64,000 nucleotides of DNA from Bispira polyomma. Lineage: Eukaryota. Numbering within the stretch: position 1 is the stretch's first letter; the number at the start of each line of letters is the position of its first letter. The stretch covers positions 52,142,001 to 52,206,000 of the forward strand of contig OZ287748.1 of the NCBI GenBank assembly GCA_965649765.1. The letters are read 5' to 3'. The translations under genes were made by a program, and so were the position numbers. This document shows, piece by piece, positions 49,310 to 61,029 of this stretch. Under the pieces are notes generated by a model. That model was not told the origin of the DNA. It ran no database searches and saw nothing but the letters and a program-made list of their open reading frames with translations.

Positions 49310-52300
49310 ACCCAGATACAGCGAATAAGCAATACATATATATAAATTTGTACATCACAGATAATTGTTTCATTAATTATGTATATAGATGTATTTTTTT
49401 ATTCGTGAATCCATCTATATATTTATTATTAAGTCAGTTGACATAAACTATTTAAGCATATCCATACAAGACATTATATGCATATTTAACTAGCATAACT
49501 TTGCACATAATATACAAACATATACTGGCCACAATCGCCACAAAAAAACGCCACAAAAAAAACAAGAAAGACTATTAAGCTTCCATTGTCAATGAAAATT
49601 CACACAGTCCTAAAAAAAGGGGCCTGAAGTAAGAAAATACTCCATCATACATCTGAACAAGTTTTGCTTGATAATCACTGCCTCATATTTTAGCAAATAC
49701 ATTTGAAAAATTTTTCATTGACACAAATTGATATAATATAAGTTTTAAGTGGGCTGGATACTGTAGTTAAGATTCCTAAACGTGTATCCTTAGAGCCTCT
49801 CAGTCTTCCACAGTTTACCGTCAACAGAATTTCTTAACAAGGGGAAAATAAACTGCTAAATAAAGTTCAAGAAAAAAAAAAACTCCACAAGAAGCACATA
49901 GTAGGAAGTGGGTTCTTTATGGGTTGGAGTCTCCTGTGATTAAAAGCGCCATCTATTTAAGACATGTTGGCCTTTGCTTTCACGCCTCCACCTCTGCACA
50001 ATAAGGGGCTGAGGCTTGTGTATTGTAACCTCTGGATGATGTTATACTGTTTATTTATGTACTGTGAATTCTTCATTTAAAGGCTTAGTTTTGTGCTTGT
50101 TCATTATGTAGACCAGTAAATGAGCGGGACACATGTTAGGGTGTCTGTGAGGAGGAGGACTTCCAAGCTGCTCTGGAGGGCAATAGCTGTGCTTTCTCAC
50201 TGTTGCATCAGGGTCTTACTTGATTTCCATATCATCACAACTCAGCATTTTTATGTAGATTTCTTAATCTGATAGATATTGGGGAAAATTATCAAAATTA
50301 ACACTGAAGAAAAAATATATGTATAGTTATTGTACACATTCAGAAGCAAACTCTAACTGTACCACTTGAAGAACTCCAATTTCTAACTCTAACAAAATGA
50401 GAGAACACTTTCCAAACGAAATCTAAGTGGCATCACAAAGACAGAGGCCTGTAAATAGAGTGACCTTTTTCTTAGAGAAAAGATTAGAGATTCCCCCAGA
50501 TAGCAGTAATCACCACCTCTCTGGCCTCTTTGATGAATATATGTCTGCTGCCAAGTTGGCCAGGGGACGTTTGGGATTAGGGGCAGTTTCCTCCCAAAAG
50601 ATGGAGATCTAGTAGGGGTGTCAACAGCTCCTTCATTTTAGTCTACAAGTAGTACCCTATGAAAGTATGGCTTCATCTGGGCAAGGTTAATGGAAAACAA
50701 GCATTAAAGGAAATATGTCCTCGTACAGAATGAATTGGAGTAAGTAGGTTGGTGGTTTTTTTGTTTGAATCTGCTTTCAATAGATACTGTTGTTGGAATG
50801 AGACCATTATTTAACTTACTACACTGCAACAACATCCAGTCGTGATCTTATTGCTCAGGGTACTAGTGACCTTCACCAATATATCTAATCTCCCTCCTAC
50901 AGCCCACGTTAATCCCTCATAAAGATCAACATCTCAATCCCTCTCTCAAACCAGGTTCCTTTTTCTGAAAACAGCCATATTTCTTTTCACCAGTTAATGA
51001 CTCTGGGTTGGAGTGTAAAGTAGAAGACTGGCTGGCCATATTTGCTGTTTACTACTTAACAATGTGTGTGGTTATATTAGGGTAAGCTTGTGGACTCATC
51101 TTCTATTTATAACCAGAACACTGACTTACTGGCTCGGGTTTGCTTTCAGCAGGGATTTATAAAGTGGAGTTCTATCTCTCACATCGCTTCATATTGACGC
51201 CCTCATTTATCAACGCCAATCTTCATACTTGCAGCGGTCCCTCCTTTCTATATCTAAATATATGTGGAAGTGAGATCAAAATAGCAGCAGACGAAATGCT
51301 CCAGAATACTCTGGCAGGCGGACTTGTGGAGTGCTGGAGTTCTCCATACACACATCTGCTGCCGACAGATAATTTACATCCTTGATTAGTTACTGATTGA
51401 CCCTAAGCAACCCCCTGAATAAGAAACTCGGGGATGCCTTACTGGAGGAAAGGCAAAGCAAATTAATATTTGTTGGTTGTGCTGTAAAGATGCAGGGCTT
51501 TACAGGATCAAGGGAATGCAGCCAGTGGCAAGAGTTTTTTGTTCATTTGATTGAATAATTAGCAGTGTCTCCGGAACTCTAAACAAGGGCCGGTAGTGAG
51601 GGCTGTCAGACCATATATACTTCTTAACAAGTCACCGGGTTTTAGTAGAGATCTCCACTGGGAACTATTACAGTCTCAAGTGTCTCTATATGCTCTGATT
51701 ACTCCTCTGGTGACTGAGCCGAATAAAGATAACTAGAGATTTATAAAAGATTAATACTTTCTTTTACTTTTCAACAGTTTGTTATATGAAATTTTGTAGG
51801 GCAATAACAATGTAAGACATCAACAACTAATAATCTTTGACATTATTTGTCTATTTCTCCAATATTTAAAGCTTCAGGATTATTTGGGATTAGTGTTATA
51901 AGTGGGACACTGTGCGCCGTGAATTGATTTATGATTTTCGAATAACAGAAAGTAACTAGAAGTATGTTAAAAAAAACTTGTTTTGGTAGCTTGTCGTTCA
52001 TTTGATACCAGTATCAATTATAAGACAGATCACAATTTCAAAGCCTCTGTCTAATACTGTGGGGTAGGTTTCTTATGATGCACCTATTTGATGTATTATT
52101 GCCTGTAGTGCAACCCGACAAAATCAGAATAGAACTGCATATTACAGTCTTAATCATTTTCACCAAGAAATTCGAGAGAATTGTGATTGTGGGTCCTGAT
52201 AAAAAACATACATTATTATATGAACTTATAAATGAAAGTAGATGAACCAAACCATTGGCTATTTACCTCCGATTTGTGCAGAGTGTCTGTATTTTTATGG

Positions 52301-55300
52301 TCCTTGTACCACATCAAATACTGCCTAATTGGAAATTTTCACAAGGGATTAATTTAGGTAATGAGTTGGAATAGTGAACATTTAATTCCCAGTCAAAATT
52401 TTAACAGATTTTTAATTGCTATTTTAATTAAAGCATCGGTCATATTGAAAATTCATTCTAGTGAACTTGTAAATGGGTGAGCCTTTCTTCCACATGTACA
52501 GTCTGGATATTTATCCATATGTTGCCATAGTAGCCCCATCCAACAACTTCCATTCTGCTTATTATATGGTTAAATAATGTTAGAATTAATTAGTGTTTGT
52601 GATTTTATGAAAATTATTTAGTTACATTAATGTAAAGCTGAAGGTAAATACTACAATTCCCACGGCTTAATATTTTCTAACCATAAATATATCCACGCTT
52701 ATATCTTTTTTAGCTATTGTATGGTGTCACACTATTGACCAATAGAAACTCGTTTCTATGCAAATGTCATTAAGGAAAACAGGGTCTTTAGTTTTTTATT
52801 ACTAGCAATATAATATAGCTAGATGTCCTGTGGTGCCATAAAACGTATTTAAACTATTTCAATAGATGACATGTTAAGGTCAGTGTCACATTTAACAAAA
52901 TTCCCTTTCTCTGGACATGTTCTTTAAATACAGGTCATAGCAAACTAAACTCATTAAGTAAACCGATCAAAAATAAAAACGGTTTTGTAAAATTGAAAAA
53001 ATGTTTCCTCTAACTGGCTTCGTTTGGCTATACCTGAGCCCCCCTCCCCCACCCCCTCGTTTATTCAAGTCTTTGATGGCATGTGAACTACTGATTTTGC
53101 AAAGTAGACCTATTTTTGTTGGGTTGTTGGACAAATGAGTAGATGTTTGTGCCATTGTTTGGTGGCTGCATACTGAGTAGTTTACAACTAGTCTGGGTGT
53201 AGCTGACTGGGAGTGCTGACAGGAAACAGCAGCCAGCCCTTGTGGAAGTGAACTGTTGGAAGTTGATGAGGTACTGACGTTCTAAGCTAACTGCTAGTGG
53301 TGGGAGTGTGTGTCAGACGTGTACAGCTGTCCTAACAGTCGGCATCTTCTACACTAACTCTGTGTAGGACGACTTAAATAGCTCCTGCTAGCTGACAAGG
53401 GCTGTTTGTAATTATACACAAACTTTATAATGGCCAGTGCCGACAAGGGCTAGATATATGTCATACCGAGGACTATAGAATGGCATTGATCAGTAGAATT
53501 AGAGCATATCATGATATAGAAGTCTATTATCATAGGCACAAATCATGCACAAAGGACCTGGATGGCTACTTGTAATCACGAGAGCTTCATTGATCGGTTT
53601 TAGACTACCGTGAAAGCACGAGACCGGCCCATCCTCTGCTGATCCTCTATGGATTGGCCTGCCAAAGTTGTGTGTCTGCCTATGAAATAATGATTGGCAC
53701 ACATTTTAGCTTTAAGGCTCATCAATCAGGACGAGGAGAGTCTTTAACCTCATTCAATTATAAACTTGTCACAAAGAGATAGTTGGGATTCATTTACAGC
53801 CATGGTGATGTCATACACAGATATTTACCACAAATTTACTGTAACTAAAATAATCTGGTGTTACAATGTAGGAACTGAGGCCAAAACTACAGAAACAAAA
53901 TACTTTAGCACAATTGAACAATCTCAAACATTTACAGTTAACTAACATTATAGTTCTCTGTATTGTAAATATTGCATGACAACTTCATATATAAACACAA
54001 AAATAATAAGTCATTTTATTCTTCTATATTCATTGATACAATCTTTATTCTGGTATTTCAGAAAAATACAAACTAGACAATCTACAAACTAGACAAAGGA
54101 TTGTAAATACCTAACTGGGTTATAAGAAGTCTTTAGTTACATCTGTGTGGAGTTGATACACCCTCGGGTTTGTAACCCTTTCAAAAAGATGGTCTGTATG
54201 GGGAAGAAGAAATAGTGTGCTGTTTCCAGATGGTGCTGACAGAATCAGGGCGCTACCAATCAATACAAGAGAGACACGAACCTCCTCTCAAATCGGGAGA
54301 AAACTCGGTGTTTTGTAGGTGTGGAAAACTATTTCTTGAGAGAAACTCTCACCAAGTTTAAAGTTTAGGGGTTTACACTGGGACAAGTAACAGTAAGCCG
54401 CATACACCATGTGCTCTGCATTTGACCAGCACTCCCATCTATTAAAACCCGGCCTCCAAATAAGACGTTTAAAGTCTGAGTTTTAGGGTTTTGTTTTTCT
54501 CCTGGCAACTGTATTAAACACGCCCCCATCATTTACACAGAATGTTTTTGACAGCAACTTGGCTTAGACTGACAAATACAAACACAGTCATTCCCCTTGT
54601 GTATAGCTACAAAAATGTCCAAATACATCACAAAACTCTAGATTTGTTGCTGACAATAAAAATATTACCTTGATAAAAAATAAATAATTTAAAAAAAAAA
54701 CACTAATATTCTTAAGTTTGATAAAATTAAATCAAGTTTCTTTTAGCTGACGCAATCATTTGAAGAGTACTGAATCAATGTGCACCAAAAACTTTTTTTT
54801 TTCTGTGTATTTTGAAGTCCCCGGCGTCCTCCAAATCAATCATAAGCTGTAATGACAGGCTTTAGGTAGTCGTTTAAACCTTCCTCTCTGGCCCTTGGCT
54901 CCAGTAGAGCATTGTAAAGCTCACCAAGCTCCCCAGAGTCACCTTATTATGTGTGAGCTCCCTCCAGGCCACATCCTTAGTATCTGCAAGAAAAAGGGTG
55001 ACCTCACTTATTTGTGAATTGTTGCCCCGGCCACAAGGGCTTCCTTATAACTACATCTTTCTGAAAAGACTCTGTAAAGAAAGAAAACTTTCATATTTTA
55101 CCACATCTACTTTTATAGAGAAGAGAGAGGGGGGGGGGCACGGAGTTGGAGATTGGGTGAATACAATGGACCAGTCCTATAACCCGATACAGCTTGTACA
55201 GAGAATACCTCCAGTAGACTGTGGTTCTCTGTGTTGTGTTTTTACATGTGAACAGTGAGCTGTAGGAGGGTGCTACTGTGTGACATTGGATAGACCTAAT

Positions 55301-56472
55301 TAGAGAGATGACAGAGAGCTGCTGATCTGTGTACACGTCTATACTGGTAAGAAGTCTGGGAAAACCCTAGGGGAGTGGGGTGTAAAGAACGTCTTAAACT
55401 CTAACCTCATTGAACTGTCCAGTCCAGTTGAAGACCAGTTTGTCGAGTTCCAGGCAGCAAGGAGCAGTGTTTGGGGTGAGAGCAGGCCTCCAGTTAACAG
55501 TCTGTGGGAATACTGGGTACATTGCCCACACACAGAGGAAGTGGTCCTATCAGTCTGTAGTGTACAACGAGAATCTTACACACCTCTCCTTAATGTAGCA
55601 GTCATCATCTTGTGTAAAGTAATCAAGGGAACTAAGATATTAAAAGGAGCCACTTTAATGGTTGGAGGAACAAGTGACCGGACTGTCTAGCACACTGGTT
55701 ATTTGAGATTGTAAACCAAACATGCGTACAACCGAGTAGGGGGAATTCTGGCCATTCTTCACTAAGTCACTGCGGGTCATTCATCAAAAACAACTGACTT
55801 ATACTGACGCTGTGTGCAATAACTTCATCCTACTCCACTGGAATATGTGAGCCTATGTGTTTAGATAAACAGAAAAATAATCTTCTACCCTGGTGACAAA
55901 AATTCCTTTATATTTACAAGCTCTTATTATCTAGAGCTTCGTGTGGTGCATTTGACAAGTCTCATTAGTAATGCACATGGGGATGTCTCTTTGCAACGGT
56001 TGAGAAAGCCCTGCTTTATGCCAGGAAATGGAATTTGATAACAACTCGCTTGTAAAGAGAGCTCTAAAGTAGAGAGTTAAAAAGCAGTGTTTTTGTTTGT
56101 GAAGTGTAATTGTTATGTGACAGTCGTGACCAGTGGCTGGTAATGGGTTCAAGTCACTTCAGTGGAGCAGAGATGAGATGGGCTTTACTGGCAAAGTAAT
56201 TGAATTAAGAAACACTTACAACACAACAAGTAAAGGCGCTGGCCCACAGTACAAAGTGTGACTGCAGCAAGTTTAGAGTCTTACTGCTTAGGATGTTTAG
56301 AAATAGTGACATTTTTCAGCAGTTATTAACACAGAAAAAACCCATATAATTGTGCTATAAGAATGAATACAGTTGTATTTATGGCAGATAATATTTAAAT
56401 AATAACGAAGTTTTGTGGAAATCTGTTGCTCACATATGAGACACTTTTTAAAAAATTTTAAAATTAGTTGCA

Positions 56473-56582
56473 TTAACTAATAATTAAATAAAAGCATCTG
56501 CCATATCACCAGACAGAATAAATATTTAACTGATAATTAAATAAAAGCATCTGCCATATCACCAGACAGGATAAATATTTAA
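56473..56582. repeat. 53-bp tandem duplication just upstream of the protocadherin ORF
   Basis: ATAATTAAATAAAAGCATCTGCCATATCACCAGACAG.ATAAATATTTAA occurs twice. Confidence 0.9.
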
Positions 56583-56650
56583 TGAGCTGTTCTATTTCAT
56601 TTGGATTTCACCAAGCCCACCTCCCAGCTGGCAGGTCTGGTGTCAAGGCC

Positions 56651-59365
56651 ATGCCTTGGAAGTGGCTGTTGATGTCTGTACTAGTGTTTCAGCTAGTAAA
56701 GTCTTTCAGTCACATACGCCATGTGCAGTATAACATTTCAGAGGGTGTTCCCGAAGGTCACACCATTGGTGATCTGCTCTCAGATTCCAAATTAAGAGTC
56801 GAGTTTCACAGTGACATCATTGAGAAGCTATTCTTTAAACCTTTGTCCAAAGTGCCGGCTAATATTTCACTGGCACAGGACTCCGGTATGATTGTAGTGA
56901 GTGGGGACATAGACAGGGAAAAGATCTGTCGGTACTCATTTGTGTGTGACCTCAGTGTGGACATAGCTGTACAACCAACAGAGTACTTCAGAATTATCAA
57001 AGTCAAACTCCACATACATGACATCAATGATAACAAACCTACATTTGCAGTGGATAAGTTTGTGACCACACTATCAGAAACCTCTGAAAAAGACACTATA
57101 ATACAGATGCCATATGCTGAAGACCAGGACAGTCTGCAATATGCAGTGAAGAACTACAGACTTTACCCACCAAGCCATGTGTTTCATCTCAAAATACAAA
57201 ACAATGTAGACAGCTCACATGACGTGTCATTAATTCTCCACGGCATTCTAGATTTTGAAAAAATTAAGAGCTATAACTTAAGTTTGATTGCTGAAGATGG
57301 CGGGACACCCCCTGAATCTGGATCCATACAGATTGTTATACTCATTGCTGATGGCAATGACCATATACCAGAGTTTGACAACTCTACTTATGAAATCAGT
57401 GTGAGTGAGAATATAGTCAGTGGTAGCACCTTGTTAAGAGTTAGAGCACATGATAGAGACACTGGCCTCAATGCGGCCATCTCCTACAGCTTCTCTGATA
57501 GAACGTATGCCCTCTATAGCAACTACTTTGCAGTAAATAACATCACAGGGGATATTTTAGTTCGTGACACCATTGATTATGAAATTAATCATGTATTTCA
57601 GTTATCTGTAGTTGCAAGGGATTTGGGACCAAATTCTCATTCAGTGGATACGACAGTGATAGTGCGGGTCCTAGATCAGAATGATTGCACTCCCGAGATT
57701 GATATTAACACACTGAATTCCTTAGGTAGTACAGGGCTGAGCGAGATTAGAGAGGAATCCCCAGTGGGTACCTTTGTGGCTCATATAAGTGTCAGAGATA
57801 GGGACACAGGCCCTTTTGGCAAAGTCCAATGTAACATCACTAATCCGAACTTCTCCCTCAGTAATCTATCCTCTGAAGAATACCAAATTCAAACAGCAGT
57901 AAAATTTGATAGGGAGGTGAAAGAGACTTACATAATCTTGGTCAATTGCAAGGACAATGGAATACCCTCCAATAATGTCCAACAACAGCTCGTAGTTAAG
58001 GTTAAGGATATAAATGATCATACTCCCACATTCAATAAGCAACTGTATGAAGCTAGTATAATGGAAAATTATTACGAAGGTCAAGAAATATTACGAGTTA
58101 ATGCAAGTGATGATGATAGTGATGAAAATGGCCTAATTTCCTATGATATTACTGATAAGCAATATAAAAATTATTTTGCACTGGGTGAAAATAATGGGAT
58201 ATTGACTACATTGAAAAGATTTGACAGGGAAAAGAAAAGTATGTATCAGTTTTTTATTATGGCCAGAGATAACGGATTGAATTCTAAGTCATCCAGTGCC
58301 AAAGTTGTAATCCATATACTGGATGTAAATGATGACTCACCCACATTTAGCCAGTCAAGTTATTACTTCTCTATTTTGGAAAATGAGCCAGTTCGGACTT
58401 ATGTAGGATCAGTATCTGCTGTGGATAGGGACAGCTTTGCTAATAGTCAATTTACTTTTAGATTTGTTGAAAATATTGAAGGCAGCTTTTCATTAGACAC
58501 TGTTAGTGGTGAATTGAGCACAACTCGAAGTCTGGATAGAGAAGAGTGGAGTAAGTACCATTTGGTGGTAGAGGCCAGGGATGGAGGTATTCCTGTCAAA
58601 ACCAGTACTGCACAAATCATCATTGATGTATTAGATCAAAATGACAACATTCCAAACTTCATATTCCCTAACCAGTACAACGACACAGTTCAGATTCCCA
58701 ATGTTTTACCAGAAGGATATGCAATTACAAAGGTAATGTGTGTGGATACAGATGATGGTGATAATGGACTAGTTTTTTATCATTTGGTTTCAGGTGGAGG
58801 AAACCTGTTCAAAATGAACAACACATCTGGAACTTTATACACTGCCACTAGTCACAAGTTCACTGATGAGGAAACATTCCAGCTGGATATTGTTGCCAAA
58901 GACAGTGCCAAGCCTTTTCATTTAGCCAATTCAAAACTGTACCTTTTAGTAAACAGTTCTTTGATTTTGGAATCACAAAAGCAGAATACAGGGATACTTA
59001 CTGGGTCCAACTTAAAGACTGTCATTATTGTTGCTGTCATTTTGGGATTCATTGTAACATGCTTGCTCATCGTTATAATAGTGGTGTACCGCCAAAAGCA
59101 CCATCGGCCAAGGCGAGTTAAGCAGCAGAGGCGATATGACAAGTTTCAGGTGAGAGCCAAGCCTGGGAATCACCTCAAAGTGAATGAATCCTCCCAGATG
59201 GTAGGCATCCCCACTTCTCGACATAACTATGCAAAAGAGAGTAGCCTGCTGGATGAGCTGGAAGATTACGAGTATTTACGACGTCCACCAGGGGAGACAG
59301 TGGGCTCACATCTCAATTACTTACTGGCTAAGAAGGAGGTCTGTCATCACAATGATTACCACAAG
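56651..59365 (+). CDS. Protocadherin: signal peptide, 7 cadherin repeats, TM and start of the cytoplasmic tail in one large exon
   Basis: Likely start MPWKWLLMSVLVF (56651); DRE/DFE/DYE motifs and six DxNDxxPxF-type linkers define 7 ECs; EC1 has the protocadherin DREKIC...C pair; TM VIIVAVILGFIVTCLLIVIIVVY; candidate donor AAG|GTAATG at 59365/6 (the ORF itself stops at 59374). Confidence 0.93.
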
Positions 59366-60638
59366 GTAATGTAGTCTCTCTCGTATAACCTTGTAAAATC
59401 TAATCTGAGCGGACCATCCTACTGATAAAATGGCAAGAAATAAGTACTTAAGCATTTCCAATGCCTTTGTTTTAATGTCTAGTCATGTACAGGGACTTCT
59501 TAGTCTAAACCATTTTACACTTCATGATTAAAATACATACAGTCCATATTTTAGTAGTTTACACAATCAGATGACACCTGTATGTTTGGAATGTCATAAC
59601 AGGTTTCTTGGTACTTTTGTGGCTATAAAATGTAATTTTTTCTTTGAAACATCACTGTGGAGTTTTTTTATTTTGTTTTAAATGCCATTTCGATATAAAA
59701 TAAAAAGAGGAAAAACACCATGAATTGATGGCCATGCTTGACCTCTACTATTGAGTGTAGTAATAAAAGTAAGAGGTCTGACATCTGAATGAAGTTTTTT
59801 ACAAATAGCAATACTTCACCCTTGATATTAACATTTAGATCACAACAGGGTCTCGTGTACTATTCCCTCTCCTTTATTTGAGAACAGTTGTGTAGGTGTT
59901 GCTATATGGAAGTTTCCATATAAAATCATTGGCTGCACTGTGGAAAACCCCAAGATCTCCTGCTCCCTCAAGAGAGGGCCTTCCAAGACTCCCAAGTTCC
60001 ATATTGTCAGCACTTTTTATTTGCCAACTAATTGGAAATATTATAAATACTCCTCCGCACCACAATCTCACCAGCATGAAAAGTAACTGACAGAACTTGA
60101 AAGAAAAACTAGTTCTCTGAAAAAGTAGAATTTTTTTTTTCAGATCAAGAAAAGGTTTTGCTTTCCGAAAACTTCATAATATCATTTTGTGAATGTGCAA
60201 AGCAATGAGCTGTTAGAAAATAAGATGTCTCTTGTGAATTGCTCTTTAGACTAACTCATCGTGTTTTAACATGCGCTGGAATAATTCAAACCTGAAATCA
60301 TTACTGGTTTAGTAAAATTAATATAACAAATACAATATTTTGCTGATTTAATTTTTACCTAAAAGAACCACATAACTAGGGGTTTATTGTATTTTGACAC
60401 AAGTTTAATGTGCCGAAAAACCTTGAACTATCCTCAAGAAATGTCATTTATTATATTGAAGTAGTATTCTAATGTCTATAAAGAGTTTCATATGTTAGTA
60501 TAATATTGGCATTCAAAATGTCGACATAAACATTGAACAAAGTGGAAATAATCATGAAACACTTTTTTGGGAAGAAAATAAGTCCTTTCATGATCCAGAA
60601 AGCTAGGAAAATAGTGTTTGCTAGAAAAGGTTGTATAC

Positions 60639-60969
60639 TGTATGCTTAGTGTATGTGTACATGTAAGCAGCCTCCGATATCAGATGTTCGATTAGCGAGA
60701 ACAATTTTTTTTCTCCTCATATTATTTATGTAGTTGTACACATGTGTCAGACGGTGAATTGAGACGCACAAATAGCGGCTTCCGACTCCGAAATTTTCGC
60801 TCCAGGAGCGAAAAAATGAGAATGTAAAATCACAGATAACCCAATAATTTTCATATATGGAGAGGTGTGTGTGTGTGGGGAAGGGGGGGGGGGGACAAGA
60901 AATCTCATTTCGCAAATCGGACGTCTAATATCGGAGGCTGCTTACATGTGTACATACACTTAGCATACA
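60639..60969. mobile_element. MITE with ~45-60-bp TIRs
   Basis: GTGTATGTGTACATGTAAGCAGCCTCCGATAT inverted against ATATCGGAGGCTGCTTACATGTGTACATACAC; TTA at 60646-48 / 60960-62. Confidence 0.8.
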
Positions 60970-61029
60970 ATATCCACACTGTATCCACAATCTCAAGAGA
61001 ATGACAACTAAAGTAAATCCGTCAACTCA

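Noticed and set aside
56582-56650. Upstream ATG of the 930-aa ORF as the true start
   Set aside because: Lies at the edge of a 53-bp duplication; the signal peptide begins at the ATG at 56651
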